DNA of 63,824 nt, counting the filler, from Sphacelaria rigidula (lineage: Eukaryota), in NCBI GenBank assembly GCA_964200075.2. It is 9 parts of 9 records of this genome, joined end to end, with 100 filler letters (N's around TTAATTAATTAA, not from the genome) between each part and the next. Parts side by side here need not be neighbours in the genome. Positions count along the whole stretch, not along the records: positions 49,721 to 56,722 come from CAXNAA020017010.1; positions 56,823 to 63,824 come from CAXNAA020017011.1; 7 more parts are not named here. One strand, 5' to 3'. The position numbers and the translations under genes are program-made. Every line of letters begins with the position of its first letter. The first letter of the stretch is position 1. Positions 51,386 to 63,824 of this stretch are shown here, in pieces. The notes below the pieces were generated by a model. The model made no database searches, was not told where the DNA came from, and was given only the letters and a program-made list of their open reading frames with translations.

Positions 51386-54300
51386 GTGAGATGGTGACGC
51401 AGGGCGGCTTGGGGAGAGTGCTGATTCGAATGGTCGAGGGGGGTGCGAGATACAATTTTGCCGCCTCTGTTGTAGATGAGAGAATCTCGGACGGTACAGG
51501 GAGGAAATCTCACGTGGCCGTCTTCGAAACCCGGCAACACTCTCACTTGACCGTGTTTGAACCGAAAATGACATGAGTAATTCCGCTAGATCGGGTATCG
51601 CATCTAAACTGCTGAATATATGTACCCGAAGTCGTGGCACGATCTGACTGTTTGTTTTAATTCATCGCTGAATATATGTACCCAAAAAATTCATCGCTTT
51701 TCAGACTGACAGTCACGGAGGATTTGGAGCGAGTGGGTTGGCGTTTCAGCTTGGTTGCGACGGTGGGGACTCTGACGACTTCACGGACGACGAAGATGTG
51801 GATCATGACTTGCTCTTTGTGAGTTTTCTTTGCGCTTTTTTTTTTTGTAGGAGAAAACTGGTTACATTATGTAGGATTAAATGGTGCATGTTTTCAAGTG
51901 TCAAAATGTACTTATGTTTCGATTTTCCCGTATTTCTTTCTATTTTGATTTTTGTCGTTAATCTGTATTAATCGGTAGAGACGACGTTTCTGGGGTTTCC
52001 GACGCGTTGTGCCCCAGAAGAGCTCACCCGAAGAGTTTTCCCCCATACTTGAGTGACTTACCGTCTCGGTGCCCACTAGAAAACGACTATACAGCATGCG
52101 GGAAGTCGCCTGTGTGTGCTCCGTTCACACTGTATCCACAAATTAAAAGCCAATAGCCGTCGCATCCCGGTGACGAAGCGGTTAGATTATCGACCAGTTT
52201 TGGTGGAGTAGTGGATTCGAGTTTCCGACGGTCATCACTTGTTGTTTTGAACTCCGTGAAAAATTGAGTTTTAGGAGGAATGGCTCGGTGAATATGGATG
52301 AGCTGTAGGATTGCTGATACTCAACATCCAATGCGCAAGAATAAATATTGTAAGGCAGGTACATTGTGCAGGGAGAGAGGTGAATTGGTCGAGCAAGAAG
52401 GAGGTTAAGGATTTGACAAAACCACAGCGCACAGGCACGGTGCTGACGTTATCCAGTCCTCCCGTTGGAGTTTGTATGGGGTGGTCTTATCCCTCGTGTT
52501 TATTTTTTCTCGATGGTAAAATTCATGACTATTGATACCGCTGATGACCACAAAAAAACAGGAAATGGAGCAGCTCAAGCACAGAGTGCGCTCTCGAACG
52601 GAGATAGACTTCCTCCGCAAGACTTTGCGGCAAAATTACGACCGTTTCATTTCCAACGGGGCCGGTGGAGGTGGAGGAGTTGCTGCGGCGATGGCACCTC
52701 AACATTGACTTGCTATGACGGGAAAAAAGATGGATAGAAAGACTGGAGTTACTCCCTTTCATACAGGAGCGCAAGATATGCACGCGCTAGGTAATGAGCA
52801 TTTGTGTGGCCTTCTGTGAGAACTGCAGCGGTGAAGAGGGGAGGAAGAGATCGGTAAAGTGGCGGAGTTGCCCGGAGATCATCCCATGTCCCTGTGGAAG
52901 GGGGTTGCATCCCGATGATCATCCATGCATGGTCATAGTAATCGAAGCAATCAGTGAAGAGATAACGTTCATTTTTTCAACAAGGAAATAAGAAAAAGAT
53001 GAGAATTTCAAAAATTTTGCCCTTTGCGCGCCAGGATGCCACGCGGTCGCTTGGTTTCGTTGAAGGTGTGTGTGCTGTGTGCTGTGATACTACGTGACTG
53101 TACTCTTCTCGTGCAGGGGTCGCGCATCTTGTTTTTTCAAGACAAGAATCTTTATGGGTGAAAATAGTATGCATTACTATCGTCTATTGTTTGCTGTTTC
53201 TTTTTTTGTTCCGCGTATTGTTATGCGTGGTTGCGGGCATAATGTCGGTGGTGGGGGAGGGATGGGTCGACCGCCACGTTTCGAATGTACTTCTTGAAGA
53301 AAATCTTTCATGGCATAAGGGAGGAGAGGGAGTCAAAACAGCTCGTGTGGTTCGTCTCGCGAATCCAAGACGTGAGTGTCGGTTCGGGGGGGGTCGCGGT
53401 TGGGAATTCAAGAGGTTTTCTGTGACATGCATAGCTCAGTCCTTGCGTTAGCTTGTTCGAGTGGGGCGTAAAATAAGGCGTACTTTCGTATTTTTCAATT
53501 CGAAAGATCGCCTCGACCTCTTCACCCGTGGTTTGTCGCCGGCAAAACTTTGTGACAGGGGGAAAAGAAAAAGAAAAAAAGCGGGTGCCCGAGGTTTTGT
53601 CATTGGGTAACGTTTTTCGAAAGACCACGCACAAAGTTATTTTGGAGTCCTGCACAAGTTCGCTTGCGTCGTCTCAGTAGACGATGATTGGAGACGGCAT
53701 ATCGATGACACGGATGTCGTGATCGGCGGGAGTTCAATGAAGATGCCGCTTGCTTCGGTTTGACACGGTCACCATCCAGGGAAGGAGTGGTGGGGGGTGC
53801 TGCTACAGGTCACTATTTCGCACTTGGGCGTGAAATATGTGCGAGGTGGTGGGAGGGTATGAATTGCTTTTCCTCCTTTGATTATTTTTTCGGTACTGCA
53901 AGTATTTCGATCAGGCGAAGATGAAGGTTACAGAGGGCTATGGGTGCTGAGTGTACAGCGTCAAGGAACGTCCATGGCAGTATTGCAGTGGAGAGCTTGA
54001 GTTTGGTCTCTCGGCGAGTGTGGCATCTCCTCAATGCTGGTGGTGGTCGTGATGGTTTGGCTTCAATTTTTCAGTGAAATACTGCACCAAATGTACTCGG
54101 CTGCCTGGTGTGCCGTATAGCGCAGCTGTCTTCCAAGCAAGATCCCGCAATAGAATATTCATGAGCGAGGGCGATAGCTTCTGCACAGAACGTGGCCATA
54201 GACTGGGTGATTTCCTATGAAAAGACGGATAATATATATAAGTTCATCTGTGCACTAATGCCGTGGAAGTCATTATCCACGAGATGACTCTCGTAGTGCG

Positions 54301-55152
54301 TACATGCATGCAAATGATGCGTGTGCTGCGGTACTTGTGGTGAGTGCGGGTGTGTGTGCGAGATCCAGCTTACTTTTGTCGTGATGGTTTTTGCGTTTTT
54401 CTGTTCGAGCATTATCTGTGGTTGTTTCCGTATACATGTGTAACACGTCACGGGGAAGTCATGAAACAAGTGGCGGTGTACGGCACTGTACGTGGGATGA
54501 AGGAAGATATTTAAGACAAGTTCCAAAGCTTTCCGCGGAACAACATTTAAAAAAAAAAGGCGTTCACACATTCATGGTAATATCGAGTTAATTCTTCGTA
54601 TCCGCTGAAAAGAAATTTCCTTGGTTGCCTGCCGAGAACGTGTTTTTGGTACACACTACATTTTCGGGCCCTTCTCGGCGAGTTTTTGAATGCATGGTGT
54701 TCGGGTATATATCCTGCACGTGGGCGAGGTTTTGTGTAGTTTACCGCAGGTGGCACAAGCACAAGATGCAAATGATGACCGCTACCACCATCTTCACGCA
54801 GGCTAGATGATGGCATTGGGTGCACAAACCTCCTGGTGTTTTTTAGACGACTGTGAGGTGGGACTTTGAAAATTGACCGTCTAAAGAAATAAAAAGTCGG
54901 AAAAGTCCGCCCGAACATTTTCCAGTCCGTGAAAAGTGATCTCAAAGCTACTGAGGAGACTGGAGGTTCCCAAAAGGCCTCAGAACCGAGTCCAGAGGTT
55001 TTGGTAACATTTTGAAAAATAAAATGCGGGTCGTTTCTCTATGAACGACGGCGCTTCATGTTCAGCCTGAAATTCTCTCACTTGGATCCAACAGCTGGAA
55101 ATATTCTGTTTCGTGAAACTTCAAAACACGCAACAGGTTCTTCCCGACCGTA

Positions 55153-56148
55153 CAGGCTGGGCCAGCCTAAAGACGGATTTAAGCTCTAAAAGCGATATCT
55201 CAACGACACAGACGAGTTGGGCCGTGATCCGCATATCGCATTAAGGTGCCCATCTGCTCCAAAATCTGGGCCAATTTTTCCTCGTCGAGTAAACCCCATG
55301 TACAGTAATTCCTGTACCTAGCGGAGACAGCATCCACATTAAAATCTATATGAAACCCCGAACGATCGCTCAAGCGGATGATGACGATTTTTGGTGTGGA
55401 CCTTCCCTGAAGCACGGGGAGACGATAGGTACCCTCACGTTCACCTGATTCGTCATCCATCTCGAGAAATGGCGCACATAAGGTTCAACACTAAAATGAG
55501 TATATTACGAGCAAAGGCACTAGATGACCTAAATCTGGATATCGCGTCTCAGTTTTTGAGAGTTGAGCTATGGAATTTGGTATGGAGAACCGCTAGTGCA
55601 TAACGAAAAAAAACACAGCTTCTCCGGGTTTTTTTTCGTGCTTTTAGGGGGTTTTGAGGAGTAATGAACATTGTTCTTGGGCCATAACTCAATTTTTCAG
55701 CTCAATTTTTAGAATTGTGATTTGAAACTTGGCATGGAGAACGACAGAGGTATGCCGAGTAAAACAAAAATGGGCCTTTTTTTTTTCATGAGAGATTCGG
55801 GCGTTGTCGTAAAAAAATCATCGTTACTATACTGAAATACCCTCAGTGAAAAAATAAAATAAACCCAACCTCACCCATTTTCTTGGTTCATCACGACCTA
55901 GCAAGGTCCCGCACAAAGTTTCAACCCACAAACACCAAACGCGGGCCGATAAACGGCCTGCAAAATACTGTTCCGAATTTCCACCGCCTCGGTTTTTCAT
56001 ATGTAAATTCGCATTTTTTTTTCTTGGAGTCGGATAATGAAATTTGGTATGGACAATCAACAGTGCATGAAAAACAGCTGTCTGTGAGGTCCCAACGATT
56101 TTTTTTTTCGTGAATTAAGCGCAAAAATCAGTTTTGAGGTTTTAGTTA
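55153..56148. mobile_element. Second copy of the TA-flanked TIR element at 1191-2405
   Basis: About 1 kb of colinear similarity starting at the TIR. Confidence 0.8.
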
Positions 56149-57326
56149 AGAGCAATGGACTAGAAAATGTATACCTTCTCGTTTTTGCCCAACAAAGGTA
56201 CGAAAACACTGTTAAACGCGCAAACAGCCAAAAACACCATTTTGACCGTTTTCGCTACGATTTTTCCACGCACATCATTCGCGGGGGGCATTGGCACCCC
56301 GGTCTCGAAAAAAAACGGGAAAAAAACATCTTACTCGAGAGATATGGCCACGCGAAAACGGACGTCTCGCCTTCAGAAACCNNNNNNNNNNGTATACCTG
56401 ATCTAGGAATTATTTTTCAATCGTACCTTATCTGGGCCACCGATCGGCCGAGAACGTACCTGTGCTAGGCCATGGCTCTCGAAACTGTACCTGATGCGGC
56501 ACATCGCGCGCAAGGGAGTCTACACGCCAACTCCAACCATGGCGCCCACATCTTCGGCTCTTTTCCCGCTCATTCGCCGTTCACGGACGGGACAACGACC
56601 ACGCCCCCTTCTCCCCGGAAATGGTTCTCAAGTCTCTCCGCTATTATTACTGTTCTGTCTCTAGCTCTTTTTGCGTGACGACCAGTACTGTATCCGTTGC
56701 TTGAACCAACCATCGATGGTGCNNNNNNNNNNNNNNNNNNNNNNNNNNNNNNNNNNNNNNNNNNNNTTAATTAATTAANNNNNNNNNNNNNNNNNNNNNN
56801 NNNNNNNNNNNNNNNNNNNNNNCCAAATAGGGGCCTGGGACCACGACGAAACCCACACCGCAAAAAAAAAAGAGTGCCCCCCCCCCCCCCCCCCCCCCCG
56901 CGCGCGCTCTACCTGTCCCGTGCTTGTTGTGTGTATATGAATGCTGGGGTACGGCGTCGTGTTCTCTCCCCTGCTTGTACGGTACGCGTGTTTTTTTTTT
57001 TCTCAATTACTTTCTTTTATTCCCTCCGTGTGTGCATAATACACATGTGTGATGCAGTACATTTTTTGGCCTTTTCTGTTGTTGGTACCAGGGGCAAGGG
57101 CTAGTATAAATAGGAATAAGTAGGGAGCACCTCTTTTTTTATACTGAAAATATTTGAGAAAAAAAATAAGCACATGTCCTTCTCTCTATCCGTCTGGTCC
57201 GTGCATCGCATTCTATGATGTAATTTTTATTTTATTTTTTTCCTTTCTTTTGTTTTCGCCCGTGTGAATCTTGTGGTGGCGATTTTGTTGTCGTTGTTCA
57301 TGTCGTTGTGTGTGTGTCTCGGCCAG

Positions 57327-57401
57327 AGCGCGCACGAAGCGTTGAAGGCGGAGCTCGCGGAGTGGCTCAAGCAGGGGCGGCGGAAGTGCTACCTGCAGAC
57401 G
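57327..57401 (+). CDS. Probable internal exon (25 codons) of an unidentified gene
   Basis: ggccag|AGC...ACG|GTAAAA. Translation SAHEALKAELAEWLKQGRRKCYLQT, phase 0/0. Confidence 0.55.
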
Positions 57402-59128
57402 GTAAAAGTTGCTTCCCCTTGGTCCCTGGAAGAGTTGAACTCTCTCGCGGTGAGTCATTTTTTGTTGTTGTTGTTGCCGCTGTGTGCAGCAAACCAGCCG
57501 TGATGCTTCTATCAGCTCTGGCCCCATGACGCTGTACAACAGCAGAAACCAGCCGTGATGCCCCCAGCTAGTAAACGCTACTGTACCCCTGTCCGTGTGT
57601 AACAACAGCATGTTCAGCAATATTGCTGCATCTGCTTGAACTGCTGTGTATGATGTCCATAGCAACCCTGGGGAATGGAACCTATATACCCTAGCAGGCC
57701 TTACCCGCGGCGCCATCCCAAATGAACTCGGCTCTCTGATGGTGAGCAGCTTCGGACGCTGCGTACAGCAGTAGTAGCCATGACTATCAACCCCAGCCCG
57801 TGCCATCTTGCAGGAGAGCTCAAGTCTCTTGTCGTGAGCCGTTTTCGCCGCTAAAAATCGCAATCTGATTGTCGAATGTTAACTGATCCTCAGGGGATCC
57901 AGCCGTGGTTAACACCATACAATAGACGTACCCGAGGTGTACACAAACCAGAAATACTCGGTTGAGGAAAGTGAAGAGAAGAGAAGGGTATTCGTACCCA
58001 TGGCTCTAGAAACTCTTACTCATGCCGTCATCTTGGTGAGAACCTTTTGCGGCTGTGGTGTAGAGAAACAGCAATGTGGCCCTAACAACATCTCTACCCC
58101 CAACCTGTTTGCCCTGAAAGAGTTCAACGCTCTCTCGTTCTCGTGGTGGGGCCGCGTTCGCTCGCTGGACAGATAAACACCACCCGCGTCATTGTCATAG
58201 AGAAGAGCTCAACTCGCGTTGTCCTCTCCAGGTGAAAAAAATTGACCTAGCGGTCGACGAGGGAAAGGGACGGCTGAACCCCTCTCGCGATCAAAAATAA
58301 AAAGTCAAGCACGTACCACGAGAGTAAGGTGGAGAACTAGAACAAACAAATAAGAAAATACCCTCCTGTGTTGGCCTCCCTCCCGTGTGTGACCCCGGCT
58401 GGGGCGCCCACATATATCCCGAAAGGTGTAGACCGACGGCCAGAATAAATGGGATAGCAACACGACGTACACACATAGAGGTAAACCGTGTTTCGCTATT
58501 GTGTACGGAAGCAGCGTTGACTTCGATCCATGCCGTTACCCTGCAGTCATCCTACGATGGAAGGAGAGGGGAAAGGGGGGGTATTTTGGACCATTTCTTG
58601 AAAAAGAATGCCACTTCAAATTGTCGTTGAAAGCAGCAACTTTTGTTCGAACGCGAGCAATGCTAAGGTAGGGGTGCACGTCTTGAGCAAAATCTTGTCT
58701 GGTTGATGGGCTAGCTCCTAACGAGTTTAGATGCACAAGAATATGGGTCACGGCATATCCCTCTTTTCAATCCATTCGGGATATCCCCAGCACATTGGAA
58801 TAGTAATAATCCTGGCGTACTCTCGCATATTTTCAGAAGTCGAGTTCTTAAATGAGATGAAGGGCTCCCAACAATTCTAACCTCAAAAAATATGCGTGCA
58901 CTCCTACCGTAGCATCGCTTTGAAAGGGCTTGTTACCAATGAGGCACACTCATGTATACCACTTGACACCAAATACAAGGGCACCGCTCTTGATCGTGTT
59001 ACGCCGTCTGACACACCTATGAGCCCCTGTTTTACGTGGAACCAATCGCCCCCCTTCCTCCTCTGTGGTAGGATCACTCCATGGAAAAGCACAACCATCT
59101 TGGAGCAAGCCCTTTTTTTTTGGTCAAA

Positions 59129-61580
59129 AGACAAAAGTGGGTCGATGCACGCCCTTTTCAGCCGAACAGGGGGATAGTGGCAAAACACAGGTATGCAGGT
59201 ACGAACTCTGCCCGCGATCGTCTAAAATCGACCGAAATCCAATCCTGACGCAAAGGCGAGTCGACGACGGCCTTGACAGGGCGCCGGAGTCTACTTTCAC
59301 GAACTAACGGGCGCGCCTACGGATCAAACAGTGCCGCGGGTAACAAGGGTTGCGCAGTAGGCCCCTCTTGGTCCGAGGTGGGACGACCCATCGATACCTA
59401 CTAAGTTTATTCTGCCCCCCCCCTCCCCTTTTTCCATGTTTCGAGCCTGTTTTCGCTGAAATGTGTTCTCTGGTCACTACTCTCCACCCCTCGAAACTCA
59501 CCTTCCAGGCCACAATACGGTAAAACATCACAGAACCTAGAACATCTCCGCCGCATTTTTTCGCGGCCTGGAGGGATTACCCCGCACACAAACCAGACCC
59601 CATCGGGATATGCAGCTGGTCGCCACCTCACGGAACAACAACCATAGAGGCCGACGATGATATCTCAACATATTATTGTCTCGTATCAGTTGCAGAGACC
59701 CCAGCGGAACCCAACGGGTCGCGCTCCCGAAGAAAATGGCCAAAGAATGCTAGAGGGGGCGTGACTGCTCTGGCCAGAGAGATTGATTTTTTTCTTTTAT
59801 TAGACAAATTCTCGAACAGTTTCGGACCGTTGCTACTTTTCCCGACATTTATCATACGTAAAGGCATGCTTTTTTACCTAGTCCAGCCGATATATCCATT
59901 TTTGAACTTCTGCTGTTTTGGTCTTGGGATGCGACCATGGTTGTTTGGCAACGATAGCGCTCGTAGAGTAGCACAACGACCCTGGGCACTGTCCAGACAG
60001 CGTCACGAGTCGCGGCCCAAACAGACCTACCGACCTACCTATACCTACACACAGACACCACGTGTCGTGTAACGAACCCAGGTCTACTTCGGGCACCGCT
60101 CCCATTATGGACCAGTTTTCGTGTCAGGGGTGGTGTCCACCGTATGTCTACAGCATCTCGTATTCGTCCTTCCTTCGTCGGGTTAACGGGGTGATTGCAA
60201 CAGATCCGCGTAACGTTCTGCTGTTAGCTGTGGGTCACGCGGGTTGTCATCGAAGGGGATAATCAATCCCTTTCAAAGATCACTCGTTGGAAAAAAGGGA
60301 TTGATCCGACAACGTCCAATTTCAGTATTCACGAGGAGCAGATTTTGTTTTTTCGAGGTGGACGCCGAGATGCGCCCAGATGTTCACTCGGGTTCGGTCA
60401 AGGTTAAGAAAAGCGTCGGTTCTAGACGTGGTCCTTAGTCCAACATCTCTGTACTGCTACAGACGAGGACGCAGCAAGGCAGCGCAACACGTACACACCG
60501 AGCCCCGAGAAAACACGCACAGTCACCCAACACTCACGCGCATTATTGCAGCAGCAGCGCTAGCCATTGCTCGTCTACATACGGCAGTCTGTGTGTGGAA
60601 ACCCACTCTGTGAAGAATGGTGGCCGCGTCCGTGTCAAAATTACAACCGAAGACGTGCCTTTACTAACCGTTTGTTTCCGGACGTCTGGCACGGTTTTTG
60701 GCTCGGATCAGGGAATATGGCCATCGCAGACACATTGCATTGCGTCACTGAGAGGAGTCTAGGCCAAATATGAGAGGGATGATTGTCGGTCTCTATGGTT
60801 GTTGTTCCGTGAGGTATCGACTAGCTGCACATCTCGATGAGGTCTGGTTTGTGTACGGGAGATTTCTCCAGGCTGCGGGAAGATGCGGGGGAGATGCTCT
60901 AGTTCCTGTGATTTTGCCGTGTTGTGACGTGAAGAGTGAGTTTTGAGGGGGGAAGAGTTGTCCCCAGGGGGCATATTTCGACAAAAAGGGGCTCGAAACA
61001 TGGAAACAAGCGAGGGGGGGGGCGTACTCATTTTTTTGCTTGCCTTAGTCGGTTGACCATTGACCACGCACCTCTGTCGATACGGGGGGGGAGTTTTGAG
61101 GGGGGGGAGAGTGGTCACCAGAGGGCATATTTCGACAAAAAAGGCTCGGAACATGGAAAAAGAGGGGGCGTGTATTCATCATCATGCATGCCATAGTCAT
61201 AAGATCATTGACCCCACATCCCTACAAAGCCGGGACAGAGCACGCCGGGTTTTCGCCGGACCAGGCTCGCACTCAATCACCAAGGGGGTGGGGGAGGCGG
61301 TAATATTAGCAGATGACGGTGGGTCGTCCCACCTCGTTCTCGGACAAAAAGGGGCATACTGCGCAGCCCTTGTTGCCCGCGGCACTTTTTGGTAGGTAGG
61401 TGCGCGCCCGTTAGTTCGTGAAAGTCGAGTCCGATGCTCTGCCTAGACCATGGTCAACTTGCCTTCGCGTCAGGGTTGAATTTAGATCAATTTCAGAGGA
61501 GCACGGGCAGAACCCGTACCCTTGCTTTGTCACCACCCCCATTGTAGCTGAAAAGGGCGTGGATCCACCCACTTTCGTCT
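59129..61580. repeat. Diverged inverted repeat pair (~59129-59500 and ~61091-61580)
   Basis: For example, CACGAACTAACGGGCGCGC (~59300) is inverted as GCGCGCCCGTTAGTTCGTG (~61410), and GAGGTGGGACGACCCA is inverted as TGGGTCGTCCCACCTC. Confidence 0.75.
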
Positions 61581-62507
61581 GTTGCTCTTATTTTTACCCC
61601 CACATACACTTGGTAGCGAACAATATTCCCCAGATCGATCCCATTCATCTCCTCCATTACTAAGCGCTACAGTTTGTTGACGCGCTGTGCATGCTGGGCG
61701 CGAACTCGGCATATCATCCCTATCACTATTACTACGTAAGTTCGATGCCCGATGCGTTGGGTTTTATCTTTGAAGTACCTGATTTCCACCGTCAAATATT
61801 GAGTACGTGAGTAAGCAAAAAGTAGTTGGCTGCGTTGGTTTGACGAGAGTTGACTCGGTGCAGGAGTGCTGATAGTCATGATCCAATCCGCGAGACCAAA
61901 ATGCAAGGCGTGTACCGGGGAGAGATGGGTCGATCCTTTTGAAGACCACGGACAAGTCCCGAGGAAGGATAGGTGTTCAAAGTGTGAAACAAAACAAAAC
62001 AAAAAAATCCATGCCGCCGCGCCCCCGGTGACCTAAATTAAAATGATGCAATCAAAGCTAGTTAGGGCGAAAGAATGCGGATTTGGAATCCCGCCAGATG
62101 CACAGTTGGGTTTCTTCTGAGAAAATGGATTCGCCTTCCCCGTCGTTGGAAACGTGGGGGCCTCCGTGCGTAGCAGAAAAATGAAGGGCTAATTTTCTAA
62201 TTTTTGGACGATCATCAACGCCTTGCGAGAGTGCGATAATACCACAGTGCATGGTGAGTACCGGGGGGGAGATGAGTCAATCCCCCAAGACCTCGGACTC
62301 CTCCCATGAAAAAGGAAGGGGGGAAAAGTGGGGGAAATGTGCCAAAACAAATGTACGCCTCCCCACCCTTGGCACTTTGAGAGGTTGAAAGAGACCAACA
62401 TGTGACGTTGACTTACGCCCTGGTTAACCCCCTCCTTCCCCCCCCCGCCATCTCTCTCCCTTTCTGTACCTTCGCGTCATCGGCCCTCTATTCCGTCCGT
62501 CCTCCGT

Positions 62508-62551
62508 TAAACAAACAACAACAACAACAACAACTACAACAATAACAACAA
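62508..62551 (+). repeat. (CAA)n microsatellite just upstream of a splice acceptor
   Basis: Directly visible. Confidence 0.9.
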
Positions 62552-62561
62552 ATGTGCAAAG

Positions 62562-63527
62562 GCGTCGGAGGTCGAACACGCCACGGAAAACGACACTGAT
62601 TCCGTGGCGGAAGCGGGCATGGCGGCCGTCAACCTCCTCTCGATGGCGCTGCCGCCGCCGCCTCCCGTCAAGCGCAAGGATCACGCGCCCCTCGGCCTGC
62701 TGCAAATGATCGTTACGCCCCTCCCGCCGGGACATTCCTCGCCTGCCGCCGGCATAGGCCGCGGCGTCGACGTCAACGGTGTCACAACTGGGTATGCTAC
62801 CCAGCAGCAGCAAGATCACCCCCGGTATGATTTACATACACACAATGATGGCGCTGGTGCAGATGGGGAGGACCAGCTGCCCAGCGAGCTGTTGTCAGCC
62901 GGCGGCGACGCCGAAGCCGACGGCGCTGGCGGAGGCGGAGGCGGAGGCGTCGAGGGCGGTGCCTCTAGAGCAAGACACAGCAGCCGCCGTCGAGATATGG
63001 ATGCTGACAAAGATTATGATGATGATGATGATGGTGATGGGGGTGATGGTGATGATGACAACGAGAGCAGCTTGTTTACTGAGCTACTCTCATCCGGCGG
63101 GAGTGGAGCGGGGGAAGCGCTGACCGAGGAAATCGAGCAAGCGATGGAGGAGGAGGAGCAAGATGAAGAAGAAGACGACGACGAGGAGGAGCGGCTCTGG
63201 GACATCGCTCCGCTGCCACCGTCGTCGCCGAAGGCGGGGTATTTCTCAGACCCGACGCCTCAGGCGGATTACTTCTCCTCCACGTTGCCCAACAGCGACG
63301 AAGTGCTGGCCGGGGGCAGCCGCTGGGAAGAGGAAGGTGTGGGGCAATCGGAGGCGTTCGTGGAGGACCTGGGGGGAGGGAGGGTGGGGGGCGACGGCGA
63401 CGGCGACGGCGACGGCGTCGACGGGAACGGCGTTTGGGAAAATGCAGAAGGGGGAGAGATGCGGGCTGCTGCTGCTGCTGATGATGACGACGGTGATGAT
63501 GGTGATGCTGCTGGAGATCGGAGGGTG
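62562..63527 (+). CDS. Large internal exon (322 codons) of an unidentified gene, mostly acidic/Gly-rich disordered sequence. Possibly the same gene as exon 57327-57401
   Basis: caaag|GCG acceptor and GTG|GTGAGT donor. A single long GC-rich open frame in phase 0/0. Confidence 0.75.
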
Positions 63528-63824
63528 GTGAGTATATTTCTAGAGAGGGAGTCATATGCGTACGTTAGCGTGCTTCGGTGGTCCTGTGTTTTTGTTCTGT
63601 CATTTTGTTGTTAGTGTTACTTTGTTTATATTTTCTTGTCTGGTTTGGATTTTCTGTTGTTGTTTCTCATCTTATTCGTTCTTTTTCCCTATTTTTCGTT
63701 GTTGCTACAAACAACCCTAGGAACTATTTAATATTTTTGCTTCTATTTTGCTGTACTCCCCTGCAGTACGCATGAGTCGTTTTAGAAAAAGAACTTGAGT
63801 ATTCACAACCATGGGAGCGGGGGG

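Noticed and set aside
50989-51546. Minus-strand acidic 185-aa ORF, and similar antisense ORFs over 7471-7833 and 62816-63555
   Set aside because: These are shadow frames of GC-rich exons. The splice signals support the opposite strand.
7004-56822. Regular 7.1-kb repeat of TTAATTAATTAA as a biological periodic element
   Set aside because: It is always embedded in fixed-length N runs, so it is an assembly spacer.

Overview
This is eukaryotic, intron-rich and repeat-rich DNA, most likely from a brown alga (Phaeophyceae). That is an inference from the TTAGGG repeats, an EsV-1-7-type motif, Pmp-like one-repeat exons and the repeat content. It is not one locus. Nine apparently unlinked, size-sorted contigs (six of 7003 bp, three of 7002 bp) are joined by identical 100-bp linkers (44 N + TTAATTAATTAA + 44 N), so adjacency across linkers means nothing. 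Content I can support: (1) a decayed Academ-like (AcademX-type) DDE transposase region with an EsV-1-7 Cys/His motif inside it (contig 6); (2) the 3' end of a Pmp/beta-helix adhesin-like gene in which each GGA...FxxN repeat is one symmetric phase-1 exon, ending in a GPI/TM-like tail (contig 3; mostly invisible in the ORF track); (3) three exons of a PX-domain gene (contig 2); (4) exons of unidentified genes (contigs 4, 8, 9); (5) a possible, heavily decayed ZNFX1-like helicase/NF-X1 pseudogene (contig 1); (6) many non-autonomous elements: two tRNA-derived SINE families, a poly(C)-ended retroelement family that inserts at G/C runs, a hAT MITE with an 8-bp TSD carrying a 42-bp minisatellite, piggyBac-like and palindromic MITEs, elements carrying telomere-like repeats, and LINE fragments. 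No rRNA, intact tRNA or CRISPR array was found. All family assignments come from motif recognition by eye, not database searches.
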